DNA of 64,000 nucleotides from an uncultured Lachnospiraceae bacterium (GCA_964568425.1 CAZMPO010000002.1:82840-146839); one strand, 5' to 3'; positions 18,929 to 28,365 are shown, counted from the stretch's first letter. The notes: generated from the letters alone by a model not told the origin. Program-made: numbers and translations.

Positions 18929-19285
18929 ATGAAATCAAGATTACCCGAAGGAATGGGCAAAGGTCCCGGAAATATGCAGTCCATGCTTAAGCAGGCGCAG
19001 AAGATGCAGGCTGATATGGAGGCAAAGCAGGCAGAGCTTGACGCCGCAGAGTACGAAACTCAGGCCGGCGGCGGTGCTGTCACTGTCAAGATCAACGGCA
19101 AAAAGGAGATCCTTGCGATCGATATATCGCCCGACATCGTTGACCCCGACGATATCGAGACGCTGTCCGATATCATTGTTGCGGCAGTAAATCAGGCGAT
19201 AAAGACCGTCGAATCCACAAATGAGACGGCAATGGCGGAGATCACGGGCGGCATGAATATCCCCGGTCTTGGCGGAATGTTCTGA
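18929..19285 (+). CDS. ybaB: YbaB/EbfC nucleoid-associated protein
   Basis: Motif MLKQAQKMQADMEAKQAELD. Sits at the conserved position between dnaX and recR. Confidence 0.85.
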   Translation: MKSRLPEGMGKGPGNMQSMLKQAQKMQADMEAKQAELDAAEYETQAGGGAVTVKINGKKEILAIDISPDIVDPDDIETLSDIIVAAVNQAIKTVESTNETAMAEITGGMNIPGLGGMF

Positions 19286-19287
19286 TA

Positions 19288-19890
19288 ATGAGCGAATTTG
19301 TACAGCCTCTCGAGAGGTTGATAGAGCAGTTCGGCAGACTTCCGGGAGTCGGACGAAAGACCGCGACCAGATATGCACTCGCCATACTTGATCTTGACGA
19401 GGATAAGGCACTCGAGCTTTCGGATGCCATAATCGACGCCAAAAGAAAGATCAAGCGTTGCAGGATCTGCAATAACATCTGCGAGGGCGATATCTGCGAT
19501 ATCTGCGCCGATGATACGCGCACGCCGATAATTTGCGTTGTCGAGGACGCTCGCGCCGTTATGTCGATCGAGCGTGTCCGCGATTTTCACGGCAGATATC
19601 ACGTTTTGGACGGTGTCATATCACCAATGAACGGTGTGGGACCCGAACAGCTGAAGATCAGAGAGCTTCTCGAGCGGATCAACAGCGAGAACATCAGCGA
19701 GATCATAGTGGCAACAAACCCGACGATCGAGGGTGAGGCGACCGCTATGTATCTGACCAAGCTTCTTGCACCGTTCGATATCAAGGTCTCAAGACTTGCA
19801 TACGGCATACCCGTCGGCGCGGATCTCGAATATGCCGATGAGGTAACCCTCTTCCGCGCACTCGACGGCAGACGCGAAATAAAGCAGTGA
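19288..19890 (+). CDS. recR: recombination protein RecR
   Basis: N-terminus LIEQFGRLPGVGRKTATRYA, a C4 zinc finger CRICNNICEGDICDIC, and a Toprim domain. Confidence 0.9.
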   Translation: MSEFVQPLERLIEQFGRLPGVGRKTATRYALAILDLDEDKALELSDAIIDAKRKIKRCRICNNICEGDICDICADDTRTPIICVVEDARAVMSIERVRDFHGRYHVLDGVISPMNGVGPEQLKIRELLERINSENISEIIVATNPTIEGEATAMYLTKLLAPFDIKVSRLAYGIPVGADLEYADEVTLFRALDGRREIKQ

Positions 19891-19924
19891 TCTTGCGGAC
19901 GCTGTCTTTATTACCGCTATAACC

Positions 19925-19963
19925 AAAAATCAGCAGAAGGATGAACCCTCTGCTGATTTTTTG
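19925..19963. terminator. bidirectional terminator between recR and the convergent peptidase gene
   Basis: Hairpin atcagcagaagg / cctctgctgat flanked by an A-run and a T-run. Confidence 0.75.
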
Positions 19964-19977
19964 TGTGCGTCTCTTGA

Positions 19978-21888
19978 TCAATTACCCTGCGCAACCCAAA
20001 GATATGAGAGCATCGGTACATCCTTGAGTCTTGCCCAAAGATTGTCAAATTCGCGCATCATAAGCGGACTTGACGATGTTCCGCATTCGATCGTGAGTGA
20101 CGGTATGCCGATGGTTACCGCCCAATCGTGAAGCCCTGCCGTGCTGGTCGTTGACTCGGGTCCGATCACATAACCCGATCTGCCCGCTATAAAACGGGCG
20201 ATCTTGTTGCATTTTGCGTTGGTTTCGGGATGATCGCGATAGGTGTCGTATATATAAGAGCCCGATGTGTGGTAGACAAGCACAAGATCGAAGTCCTCGG
20301 AGCGTATGTAGTCGGCGACCGCCTTTGCCTCGGCTGCTGATTCGGGAGCGGTTCCTTTGTAGCTTTGGAATGACGGTCGACCTGTCGAGCCGAGATGACC
20401 GCCGTAGTTCTCCCAATCTGCATCAAAGTTGGCGTTCAGATCGACACCGAGCGCGTTTGCCTTCCACTTTGATGTGTATGATGAGTTGTATCTGTTCTTG
20501 AACATCTCGGGAAGCTCGCCTGATGTTACTATGTAAGCACCATCGGGATTTGTGAAGGGCAGGAAGCATATGCAGACATCGTTTAACATTTCACCGACTG
20601 TTAAGTTGCCGATACCGCAAGAAAGATCTCTCTGCGAGAGGAGATATTCGATCTGTGCCATCGCAAGCGTTGCCGTCATGTATTCGCGCGCGTGGATCGC
20701 CGCCGAGATGAATATGCGATTTTCGGCGTTCGGATTGCCGACGATCGCTACCGTCATGTCTCTGCCTTCCTCGCTTTTGCCGATAGATCTCAGCGTCAGC
20801 ATGTCGGGGTACAGCTCCTTGAGCTTTGCAAGATCGTCCTGCATTTTGTAATAGTCGTAGTCGTAGCAAACATCCACGGTCGAAATGACGCTCTTGTAGC
20901 CCTTTTCGTCGGTCTGCTTTATGTACGCGGCATGCGCGTAGCCAAATGAGCCGTTGTATTCGCAATAGGCAAATTTTTCGGTGAAGAAAATCACCTTTAC
21001 AAGCTCGCCGTTTGCTATGCTGATCGTTGTGTCGCCGCTCAGCGATGGGGTAGATCTGAAGGATATCGAGCTGTCGCAGTTTACGATCCAGCTCTCGCAT
21101 TCGACGACCTTGCCGTCGTCTATCCTAAGAGTTGCGGCAAGCGGATGCTCGGTGCTGTCCGCGTAGCTGTACCATTCGTCGAGATAGGGAAGAAATCCGG
21201 CAGTCGTCATAATGTCATCGAGCATTTGCACATTTGCCTTTTGAGCATCGGTCGCACCTTCAAGCTCTCGCGAGCGACCCTCTCCGAAGAAATCGGAGGG
21301 AAGATCGATCAGATTGCCGTCCTTGTCGGCGGCGGCGATCGATACGGCATCTGCGTGGCTGTAGCGAACATATTCGCCCGAGGCGGGCGATATGAGGCAC
21401 TCGGGCTGTGTGTAATAGAGTGCCATTTGCGCCTCAAGCGGACGAAATGCGTCCCAGATAACGAGAGTCAGTCCGCGCGCCTCAAGCAGTTCTTTGGCTT
21501 TCCCCAGCTTCAGAAGCGTGTCGTAGCGAAGATACGCGCCGCTATATTTGTATATCTGCGTCTTTGTGCTGTTGTTCGTGCCGCCGTATCTGATATCGAT
21601 CGTTATGTCGTTGAAATAATCGGCAACATTCACAATGTCGCTCGTATTTGTCGGCGGATCGGACGGTGTCCACGGTTTTGCTGTCGTCACCGCCTCTGTG
21701 GTCGTTGACATGGGCGGAGGTGTCGTATTTGCATTTGCTTGACCGAGCGTGTTTGTGTTTGTCGTGCCTGTTTTGTCTTTGTCAGAGCCCTTTGACGCTC
21801 TGTTTGATTTTATGCATGACGCAACGCTTGCCGCGATTATAAGGGCGACAAGCAGAAAAGATGTGATCTTTATAAGCCTTACGGGCAT
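19978..21888 (-). CDS. lipoprotein with a VanX-like (M15) domain, an SH3-like segment and an M14 carboxypeptidase domain
   Basis: Signal peptide plus lipobox (AASVASC) and a Thr/Pro-rich linker. The M15-like region shows LVIWDAFRPLEAQ. The M14 region shows ISAAIHAREYMT and LVLVYHTSG. Confidence 0.7.
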   Translation of the reverse strand: MPVRLIKITSFLLVALIIAASVASCIKSNRASKGSDKDKTGTTNTNTLGQANANTTPPPMSTTTEAVTTAKPWTPSDPPTNTSDIVNVADYFNDITIDIRYGGTNNSTKTQIYKYSGAYLRYDTLLKLGKAKELLEARGLTLVIWDAFRPLEAQMALYYTQPECLISPASGEYVRYSHADAVSIAAADKDGNLIDLPSDFFGEGRSRELEGATDAQKANVQMLDDIMTTAGFLPYLDEWYSYADSTEHPLAATLRIDDGKVVECESWIVNCDSSISFRSTPSLSGDTTISIANGELVKVIFFTEKFAYCEYNGSFGYAHAAYIKQTDEKGYKSVISTVDVCYDYDYYKMQDDLAKLKELYPDMLTLRSIGKSEEGRDMTVAIVGNPNAENRIFISAAIHAREYMTATLAMAQIEYLLSQRDLSCGIGNLTVGEMLNDVCICFLPFTNPDGAYIVTSGELPEMFKNRYNSSYTSKWKANALGVDLNANFDADWENYGGHLGSTGRPSFQSYKGTAPESAAEAKAVADYIRSEDFDLVLVYHTSGSYIYDTYRDHPETNAKCNKIARFIAGRSGYVIGPESTTSTAGLHDWAVTIGIPSLTIECGTSSSPLMMREFDNLWARLKDVPMLSYLWVAQGN

Positions 21889-21923
21889 TTATTCAAGCCT
21901 CCGATCGGGGGAAAATCAAGAAA

Positions 21924-22658
21924 TCAATTAAAACAACATAAAAATCCGCCGCCGTAATCGCAAAGCGGCATCGACCCGAGTGAAATTGGCAAAAATCCTG
22001 CCGATCTGATAAAATCGACCATTTTGGTGCCGTCGGGATGGGTGAGGGGATCGCCGAAAAAGAAAACATTATGTTCGCACACGATCGTCGCGCCGCCGAT
22101 AAAGCCTCTGTCATAGCCGGGAAGGGAAATGCCCGTCGGCGATATCAAGAGCATATTGACACCGAGCGATGAGAGAATGTCGAACAGCCCTTTGTCGGAT
22201 GTGATGGCGTGGTCGCCGAAAAGACAGACACTGCAACGCGCATACCCTTGTCTTGCGGCAATTTGACAGAGTTCAAGCCCTTGCAGCTCGCACGGGAGCA
22301 TATCGACCCTGCCGATGATGTTTTCTTTGTATATCAAAAAATTCAAAAGAATGTCGCCCGGATATTTTTTGTCAGGGACCTTGTCAACAGTGCGAATTTT
22401 GTCGGATAACGCCGCCGGCAAAGACTTGGCATACTCGCCAAACATGCATATTTTGCCGTCCGGTGTGGGAAGGGCGAGCATGTCGGGATGGGACGCAACG
22501 GGCGCGTCGAGGCGATCATATGAGGGCAGGCGAACAATGCTTGCCGTCTTGCAGGTCTTGTTTAATATGGTCTCCGAAAAGCTTTTCGGCAGATCGCCCG
22601 ATATAAACAAATAAGGACGGACAACATGTCCGTCCTCGTATGTCGGGAAAACGATCAT
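21924..22658 (-). CDS. hypothetical protein (244 aa), translationally coupled to rpmB
   Basis: Its ATG overlaps the rpmB stop (TAATG at 22656-22660). I could not assign a family confidently. The C-terminal CDYGGGFLCC weakly resembles the Cys-nucleophile motif of guanidino-modifying enzymes. Confidence 0.5.
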   Translation of the reverse strand: MIVFPTYEDGHVVRPYLFISGDLPKSFSETILNKTCKTASIVRLPSYDRLDAPVASHPDMLALPTPDGKICMFGEYAKSLPAALSDKIRTVDKVPDKKYPGDILLNFLIYKENIIGRVDMLPCELQGLELCQIAARQGYARCSVCLFGDHAITSDKGLFDILSSLGVNMLLISPTGISLPGYDRGFIGGATIVCEHNVFFFGDPLTHPDGTKMVDFIRSAGFLPISLGSMPLCDYGGGFLCCFN

Positions 22659-22954
22659 TAAGCGTTCTCAGCCGAAGCCTCGGACACTGCTTCAACTTCA
22701 GCAGGTTCTATAACGACAGCTTCAACAGCAGCCTCGGTAAGGGGTGCTTCTTTGACCTTGATCTCGGTCTGTACACGGTTGAGCTTGCCGGAACGCAGAC
22801 AACGGGAGCATACATAGACGGTCTTGTGAGTTCCGTTTATGTCAGCCTTTACCTTTCTGATGTTCGGCTTCCATGTTCTGTTTGTCTTGCGATGAGAGTG
22901 CGATACACTCGCACCGAAAACTACGCTCTTGCCGCAGAGTTCACATTTAGCCAT
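22658..22954 (-). CDS. rpmB: 50S ribosomal protein L28 with a 35-aa acidic C-terminal extension
   Basis: MAKCELCGKSVVFGASVSHSHRKTNRTWKPNIRKV is canonical L28. The ORF continues through an extra tail, QTEIKVKEAPLTEAAVEAVVIEPAEVEAVSEASAENA. Confidence 0.85.
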   Translation of the reverse strand: MAKCELCGKSVVFGASVSHSHRKTNRTWKPNIRKVKADINGTHKTVYVCSRCLRSGKLNRVQTEIKVKEAPLTEAAVEAVVIEPAEVEAVSEASAENA

Positions 22955-23056
22955 ACTCTATACCTCCAATTTTGTAATTATCAATTCAGCGTCTACCATT
23001 ATAGCATATTTCTTCGAAAAATGCAATAGTTTTTCGAAAAATTCTTAAAAAGTTTA

Positions 23057-23932
23057 TCATTTTTCTTCGCCGTTTTCATCGCTTTCGTCATCGTCGATGC
23101 GGTGAAGAGATTTTTTTGCGGTTTTTGCCTCGTTTTCGGCATTGCCGCTCTGTTCGGTCTTGCTTTTTTTCTTTTTGAAGCTGATCTTGTTCTCTGTTCC
23201 CGAGAGCAGTCTGCTGATGTTTTGCCTGTGCGCGAACACGACCGCCACGGTCATCAGCAGGGATGAGATCACCGTTATGATCGACGGATGGATGCCGCCG
23301 CTTGTCAGAAGGAATATGCGGTCGAGCACGAGCGGAAAGATCAGCGCGGATATGATCGAGCCGAGCGAGACGAACTTTGTGCCGATTGTCACAACGAGAA
23401 ATGTCAGAACGATTATAGCACCGACGATCGGATCGGCAGCAAATATTATGCCTGCCGATGTTGCCGCGCCCTTGCCGCCCTTGAACTTAAAGAATATCGG
23501 GAAGCAGTGACCGAGTATGCAACAAAATCCTGCAAGATAGCCTACATTGTAACCGATAAGCAGTATAGGAATGAGGGTTGCCGCAACGCCCTTGGCAAAA
23601 TCGCCGACGAGTGTCAGCACCCCGGCGACCGTTCCGTATGTGCGGTTCATGTTCGTACTGCCTGCGTTGTGACTGCCGTAGTTTCGCACATCGTCGTGGA
23701 AGACATATTTCGATATCAGCACTGAAAAATTGAGACTTCCGAGCACATATGCAAGGATCGCAAAACCAAATGTGATAAGCACAAGCAGCCATATCGGATG
23801 CTCTGATGTAACCCCGGTCAGCATGCTCCCACCGTCAACATCCGAGCATATAGGCTCAATGCCGAACAATTTCCTGATAACGCCCGGAGCCGGGTCGTTG
23901 TTGAAAAACCATCTGTAAAGGAATAATTCCAT
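23057..23932 (-). CDS. plsY: glycerol-3-phosphate acyltransferase PlsY (extended termini; start uncertain)
   Basis: Core motifs: YVLGSLNFSV, YGSHNAGSTN, FKGGKGAATSAG. ATG 23932 lies 3 nt after the der stop. An alternative start is ATG 23824. Confidence 0.8.
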   Translation of the reverse strand: MELFLYRWFFNNDPAPGVIRKLFGIEPICSDVDGGSMLTGVTSEHPIWLLVLITFGFAILAYVLGSLNFSVLISKYVFHDDVRNYGSHNAGSTNMNRTYGTVAGVLTLVGDFAKGVAATLIPILLIGYNVGYLAGFCCILGHCFPIFFKFKGGKGAATSAGIIFAADPIVGAIIVLTFLVVTIGTKFVSLGSIISALIFPLVLDRIFLLTSGGIHPSIITVISSLLMTVAVVFAHRQNISRLLSGTENKISFKKKKSKTEQSGNAENEAKTAKKSLHRIDDDESDENGEEK

Positions 23933-23935
23933 TTG

Positions 23936-25270
23936 TCAGTCGCCCCCCTCGTCGCCCTTCATGCGGATATTCAATCTTATCGGCGTGCCGTTGAAGCCGA
24001 ATACCTGACGGAGCTGATTTTCAATATACCTCTGATATGAAAAATGGAACAGTCGCGCGTCGTTGCAGAAGATAACGAATGTCGGCGGCTTGACGCCAAC
24101 CTGCGTCATGTAATAGATCTTTAACCTGCGCCCCTTGTCGGACGGCGGCTGAACGCGAGCCTGCGCGTCCGCGAGCATGTCGTTGAGCATGCCGGTCGTC
24201 ACACGCATGCACGACTGATCGTTTATGTAAACGATGTTCTCGAAAAGCTTTTCGACACGCTGTCCCGTTTTTGCCGAGACAAAAAGTATCGGCGCATAGG
24301 GCATGTACGAAAGGGAAGTTCTGATCTTGTCGGTAAATTCCTTGACGGTCGTGTTGTCCTTTTCGATAAGATCCCATTTGTTGACGACTATGATCGAAGC
24401 TTTGCCGGCATCGTGCGCAAGCCCTGCGATCTTTTCGTCCTGCTCGGTGATCCCCTGAGACGCGTCGATCATGATCAGACAGACGTCCGCACGGTCAACT
24501 GCCATTTTTGCACGCAGAACCGAGTATTTTTCTATCCTGTCCTCGATCTTCGCCTGACGACGAATGCCTGCGGTGTCGATCAATGTAAATTTGCCGTATT
24601 CGTTGTCGACATTTGTGTCTATCGCATCACGCGTCGTGCCTGCAATGTCTGAAACGATAAGCCTGTTTTCGCCGAGTATCTTGTTGATGATCGACGACTT
24701 CCCGGCATTCGGCTTGCCGATGACCGCGACCTTTATTCGATCGTCGTCATCATCCGACCCCTCCCACTCGGGCAGATAGTCGTACACCGCGTCAAGCAGA
24801 TCGCCCGTGCCGCTTCCGTGAACAGAGGAGAGCGCGATCGGGTCTGTCGGGAATCCAAGCTCGTAAAATTCGTAATATTCGGGTGGCGGCGCGCCGACCG
24901 TGTCGCATTTGTTGACCGCAACAACAACAGGCTTGCCCGAGCGTAAAAGCATGCGCGATATGTCGCGATCGTCGGCGGTAAGCCCCGTGCGACTGTCGCA
25001 CATAAATATAATAACATCGGCACTTTCTATGGCTATCTCGGCTTGCATGCGCATGTGACGAAGTATCACGTCATCGCAGGTAGGCTCAATTCCACCCGTG
25101 TCGATCAGCATGCAGGATCTGCCGCGCCACTCTATTTCATAATAAATGCGGTCGCGCGTGACACCGGGCGTGTCCTCGACGATCGATATCCGCTCCCCCG
25201 CTAGCTTGTTGAAAAGGGTGGATTTGCCGACATTCGGTCGCCCTACTATGGCAATTATGGGTTTGCTCAT
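23936..25270 (-). CDS. der: ribosome biogenesis GTPase Der (EngA)
   Basis: Two G domains, GRPNVGKST and GKPNAGKSS, with NKCD and NKWD motifs, plus a KH-like C-terminus. ATG 25270 has SD aaggaagg. Confidence 0.9.
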   Translation of the reverse strand: MSKPIIAIVGRPNVGKSTLFNKLAGERISIVEDTPGVTRDRIYYEIEWRGRSCMLIDTGGIEPTCDDVILRHMRMQAEIAIESADVIIFMCDSRTGLTADDRDISRMLLRSGKPVVVAVNKCDTVGAPPPEYYEFYELGFPTDPIALSSVHGSGTGDLLDAVYDYLPEWEGSDDDDDRIKVAVIGKPNAGKSSIINKILGENRLIVSDIAGTTRDAIDTNVDNEYGKFTLIDTAGIRRQAKIEDRIEKYSVLRAKMAVDRADVCLIMIDASQGITEQDEKIAGLAHDAGKASIIVVNKWDLIEKDNTTVKEFTDKIRTSLSYMPYAPILFVSAKTGQRVEKLFENIVYINDQSCMRVTTGMLNDMLADAQARVQPPSDKGRRLKIYYMTQVGVKPPTFVIFCNDARLFHFSYQRYIENQLRQVFGFNGTPIRLNIRMKGDEGGD

Positions 25271-25293
25271 CCGTATGCCTTCCTTTCCGCATA

Positions 25294-26622
25294 TCAAATT
25301 TCATACTCGCCGTTTGCAGCACCGAGTATCTTGTATATAAAATCATATCCGTCGGCATCGACAGTGATTATCTTTACCGACAGTGCCTCCTCGACCTGCT
25401 CGATCGATGTTCCGTCAAGAAACAGATCTCCCTCGTCGCGAAGCATCGAGGATGATAAAAACAGCACCCTTCCGAGCTTCTTGCCGCTCAGCTGCTTTAT
25501 GAGGTCGCATCCGCATATAAGTCCCGATACGGTGATCGTGTGCCCGAAAAAGTCATTTTCAATCAGGTAGACATTGCCCGAGAGCTTGTCCGATCTCGCA
25601 CAGAGCTTTGACGTTATCGACTCGATAAACCGAAACGCAGCATGCCCTGTCGCTATCGAAAACTCAAATGTCTCGCTCGGAAGTTCATCATCTTCGAGAT
25701 CTCGAAGTGCCGACACAAATTCGGTGTTCATCGATCTTATCATCCCGACACCGTTTTCGATCTGCGGATAACCGTCGTAATAATCCTCGCTCGGCATCGC
25801 TCTGCCTGCCGTTAAGAAAAATTCGTCCGACGGATAAAAGAGCCTTACTCTGTGCTCTTTTACAAATCTGTCTCCGAAGCTGTCGATAATGTCGATGACC
25901 TGCCCCGCGCCCTCGGCATCAAAGACCTCAAGCGGATAAAGCCCTTCTCGATGCGCCGTGATCCCCGCAGGGACGACCGCTACGGAGCCTATCCCGGGAT
26001 AGAGCGCGCCGAGATCGCTAAGGGTGCGTGTCAGCTCATCGCCGTCATTTACGCCCTTGCAGAGTACGATTTGGGCGTTTACGGTTATTCCACCATCCAC
26101 GAGCCGCTTGATATAGGACAGCACCTGACCGGCGAATCTGTTCGAGAGCATCCTGCAACGAAGCTCGGGATTTGTAGTGTGGACCGATATGTTGATCGGC
26201 GACATCTTCATCTTTATGATCCGATCAATGTCCGACTCGCTCATGTTGGTGAGCGTTATGTAGTTGCCCATCAAAAACGAAAGACGCGAGTCGTCATCCT
26301 TGAAATAGATCGTGTCGCGCATCCCGTGCGGGTTTTGATCAATAAAGCAAAAAATGCATTTGTTCCTGCAGGTCTGCTTTTTGTCCATGAGAAAGGTCTC
26401 AAATTCAAGTCCCGGGTCGTCGTACTGATCTTTTACTATTTTGAAGGTCAGAAGCTCGGGCCCTCGGTGAATGAGAAGCTCTATCTCTTTTTCTGTTATG
26501 TAATATCTGTAATCGAGGACGTCGCGAACGTCGCTGCCGTTTACCGATATGAGTATGTCCCCGGGCAAAATGCCGACCTTTTCGGCATGCGAACCCTCGA
26601 CTGTCGATTTTACGGTAACCAC
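25294..26622 (-). CDS. DUF512 protein (PDZ plus radical-SAM-like)
   Basis: N-terminal PDZ (GILPGDILISVNG) and a Cys cluster CRNKCIFCF. Sits upstream of der. Confidence 0.7.
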   Translation of the reverse strand: MVTVKSTVEGSHAEKVGILPGDILISVNGSDVRDVLDYRYYITEKEIELLIHRGPELLTFKIVKDQYDDPGLEFETFLMDKKQTCRNKCIFCFIDQNPHGMRDTIYFKDDDSRLSFLMGNYITLTNMSESDIDRIIKMKMSPINISVHTTNPELRCRMLSNRFAGQVLSYIKRLVDGGITVNAQIVLCKGVNDGDELTRTLSDLGALYPGIGSVAVVPAGITAHREGLYPLEVFDAEGAGQVIDIIDSFGDRFVKEHRVRLFYPSDEFFLTAGRAMPSEDYYDGYPQIENGVGMIRSMNTEFVSALRDLEDDELPSETFEFSIATGHAAFRFIESITSKLCARSDKLSGNVYLIENDFFGHTITVSGLICGCDLIKQLSGKKLGRVLFLSSSMLRDEGDLFLDGTSIEQVEEALSVKIITVDADGYDFIYKILGAANGEYEI

Positions 26623-26769
26623 ACCTAAAACATCCTCTCTGCGATTGCTTTATATCGTTTTTGCGTGTTTTATATGAAGTTAGCAAAGCGGGGCGTGTTC
26701 AAATAAGAAACACGCCCCAAAACGCTTCATAAAACCGCGGACAGACATGCATCTGTCCGCAACTTGAGA

Positions 26770-26952
26770 TCAAGCTTCGACCTTCAGAATTTCTTTGCCG
26801 TTGTAGGTTCCGCAGTTCTTGCAAACTCTGTGAGCAAGAACATACTCACCGCACTTCGGGCACTTCTGTATCTGGGGTGTTTCGAGCTTCCAAACGCTTG
26901 AGCGTCTCTTGTCGCGTCTTGCCTTCGATACTTTTCTCTTTGGTACTGCCAT
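26770..26952 (-). CDS. rpmF: 50S ribosomal protein L32
   Basis: [17 protein letters not shown] followed by [18 protein letters not shown]. Confidence 0.9.
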   Translation of the reverse strand: MAVPKRKVSKARRDKRRSSVWKLETPQIQKCPKCGEYVLAHRVCKNCGTYNGKEILKVEA

Positions 26953-27010
26953 AAGTGTACACCTCCTAAAAACTCATACATACCTAAACTACATTATACA
27001 ACATTTTTTT

Positions 27011-27511
27011 TCATTTGTCAAGTAGTTTTCCCAAAATTGCGAGCCTTGGATCAATTTCTTTTTTCGGACAACCGCAGTCACCCTCGTTCAGATCGGCTCC
27101 GCACTTTGCGCACAGTCCGCGGCAATCCTCTTTGCAGAGAAAAACCATCGGAAAATCAAGCAGTACAGCCTCACGAACTCTGTCATCCGGATCGATCATG
27201 CCTTTTTCGATCAATAAATAATTGTCGGTATCCTCATCGTTCAAAGTGCCCTTTACCGCAAGAGGTCTTTCAAATGAAAAATTGAATTTTCCGTCGATCT
27301 CGCGAAAACATCTCGCGCAGTGCGTGGTGTAGGGTATCTCTGCCGCAGCGGTCAAACACATGTATCCCGCCATGTTTTTGATGTTACCTTCAAGATGCAT
27401 GCCGTCGGGGAAGCGGACATCGGGGAGCTCTTCGGGAGCCTCGGTGTCATACGAAAAATCGAGAGTGGTGGTATCTCCCTTGATAAGGGAGCGTATATCG
27501 ATCTGCGTAAT
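27011..27511 (-). CDS. yceD: YceD/DUF177 protein (start codon unresolved)
   Basis: CxxC pairs (HCARCF, CRGLCAKCGADLNEGDCGC). Sits upstream of rpmF. The ATG ORF is 27011..27400, but a protein-like frame continues to 27511 without a canonical start. Confidence 0.7.
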   Translation of the reverse strand: MTQIDIRSLIKGDTTTLDFSYDTEAPEELPDVRFPDGMHLEGNIKNMAGYMCLTAAAEIPYTTHCARCFREIDGKFNFSFERPLAVKGTLNDEDTDNYLLIEKGMIDPDDRVREAVLLDFPMVFLCKEDCRGLCAKCGADLNEGDCGCPKKEIDPRLAILGKLLDK

Positions 27512-27559
27512 ATCACCTCCGTCATGACATTGTCGTGAGCCATAAAGCCACGCCTACTA

Positions 27560-27587
27560 TTATATAGCAAAATTTGCGTTTTGTCAA
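27560..27587 (-). promoter_or_regulatory. sigma-A type promoter for yceD-rpmF (TTGACA-16-TATAAT)
   Basis: On the minus strand, TTGACA is at 27587-27582 and TATAAT at 27565-27560. Confidence 0.55.
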
Positions 27588-27633
27588 TAGAAAAGTGTAA
27601 AAAACATTTATTTTTTTGAAGAAAAAAGGTGTA

Positions 27634-28365
27634 TCATACCGAAAGCTCGCGTCGGAGAGCCTCAATTATCTTCTTTTCCTCTCTCGAGACCTTCACCTGA
27701 GTCAGCCCGAGCTTGTCTCCCGTCTGCTGTTGGGACATGTTTTTGAAATATCTCATCTCGACGATCTGACGCTGACGCGGAGTGAGCGTGGCTATCGCCT
27801 GCCTGAGTGCTATCGAGTCGGTCAGAGTCTCGATGCTGTCGCTCTTGTCCCCGATAAGGCACTCAAGAGTCGCGCCGTCCTCCGATCCGACCTTTTCGGA
27901 GAGGGAGCGTATCGGACTGATCGCCTCGAGCGCGATCGCCACCTCTTGAGTGCTCATTTCGCAAAGCGACGCAAGCTCGCCAAGTGTCGGATCACGCCCG
28001 TATACCTTGGCAAATTCTTCTTTTTTGCGCATTATCGCACTGCCTGTCGATTTTAGACCTCTGCTGACCTTGATCGCACCATCGTCCCTTAAAAAACGTC
28101 TGATCTCGCCGACGATCAGCGGAACGGCATAGGTCGAAAAAAGGCATCCGAAGGAAAAATCGAAAGATCTTGCCGCTCTCATCAGCCCGATCGAGCCGAT
28201 CTGCATCAGATCCTCAAATTCGCATCCTCGGTCGCAAAATCTTTTCGCGACCGTTCGCACAAGCCCCATGTTGTTTTCGATTATCATGTTCAGCGCATCC
28301 TCGTCGCCGCTCGCCAAACGCTCGAGAAGTGCGATGTTGTCCTGTCCCGCGTTTTTTTCGCTCAT
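27634..28365 (-). CDS. sigF: sporulation sigma factor SigF
   Basis: Sigma-70 regions 2-4 (GLVRTVAKRF, DLMQIGSIGLMRAARSFD, EIRRFLRDDG, the C-terminal HTH QQQTGDKLGLTQVKVSREEKK). Third gene of a spoIIAA-spoIIAB-sigF operon. Confidence 0.85.
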   Translation of the reverse strand: MSEKNAGQDNIALLERLASGDEDALNMIIENNMGLVRTVAKRFCDRGCEFEDLMQIGSIGLMRAARSFDFSFGCLFSTYAVPLIVGEIRRFLRDDGAIKVSRGLKSTGSAIMRKKEEFAKVYGRDPTLGELASLCEMSTQEVAIALEAISPIRSLSEKVGSEDGATLECLIGDKSDSIETLTDSIALRQAIATLTPRQRQIVEMRYFKNMSQQQTGDKLGLTQVKVSREEKKIIEALRRELSV

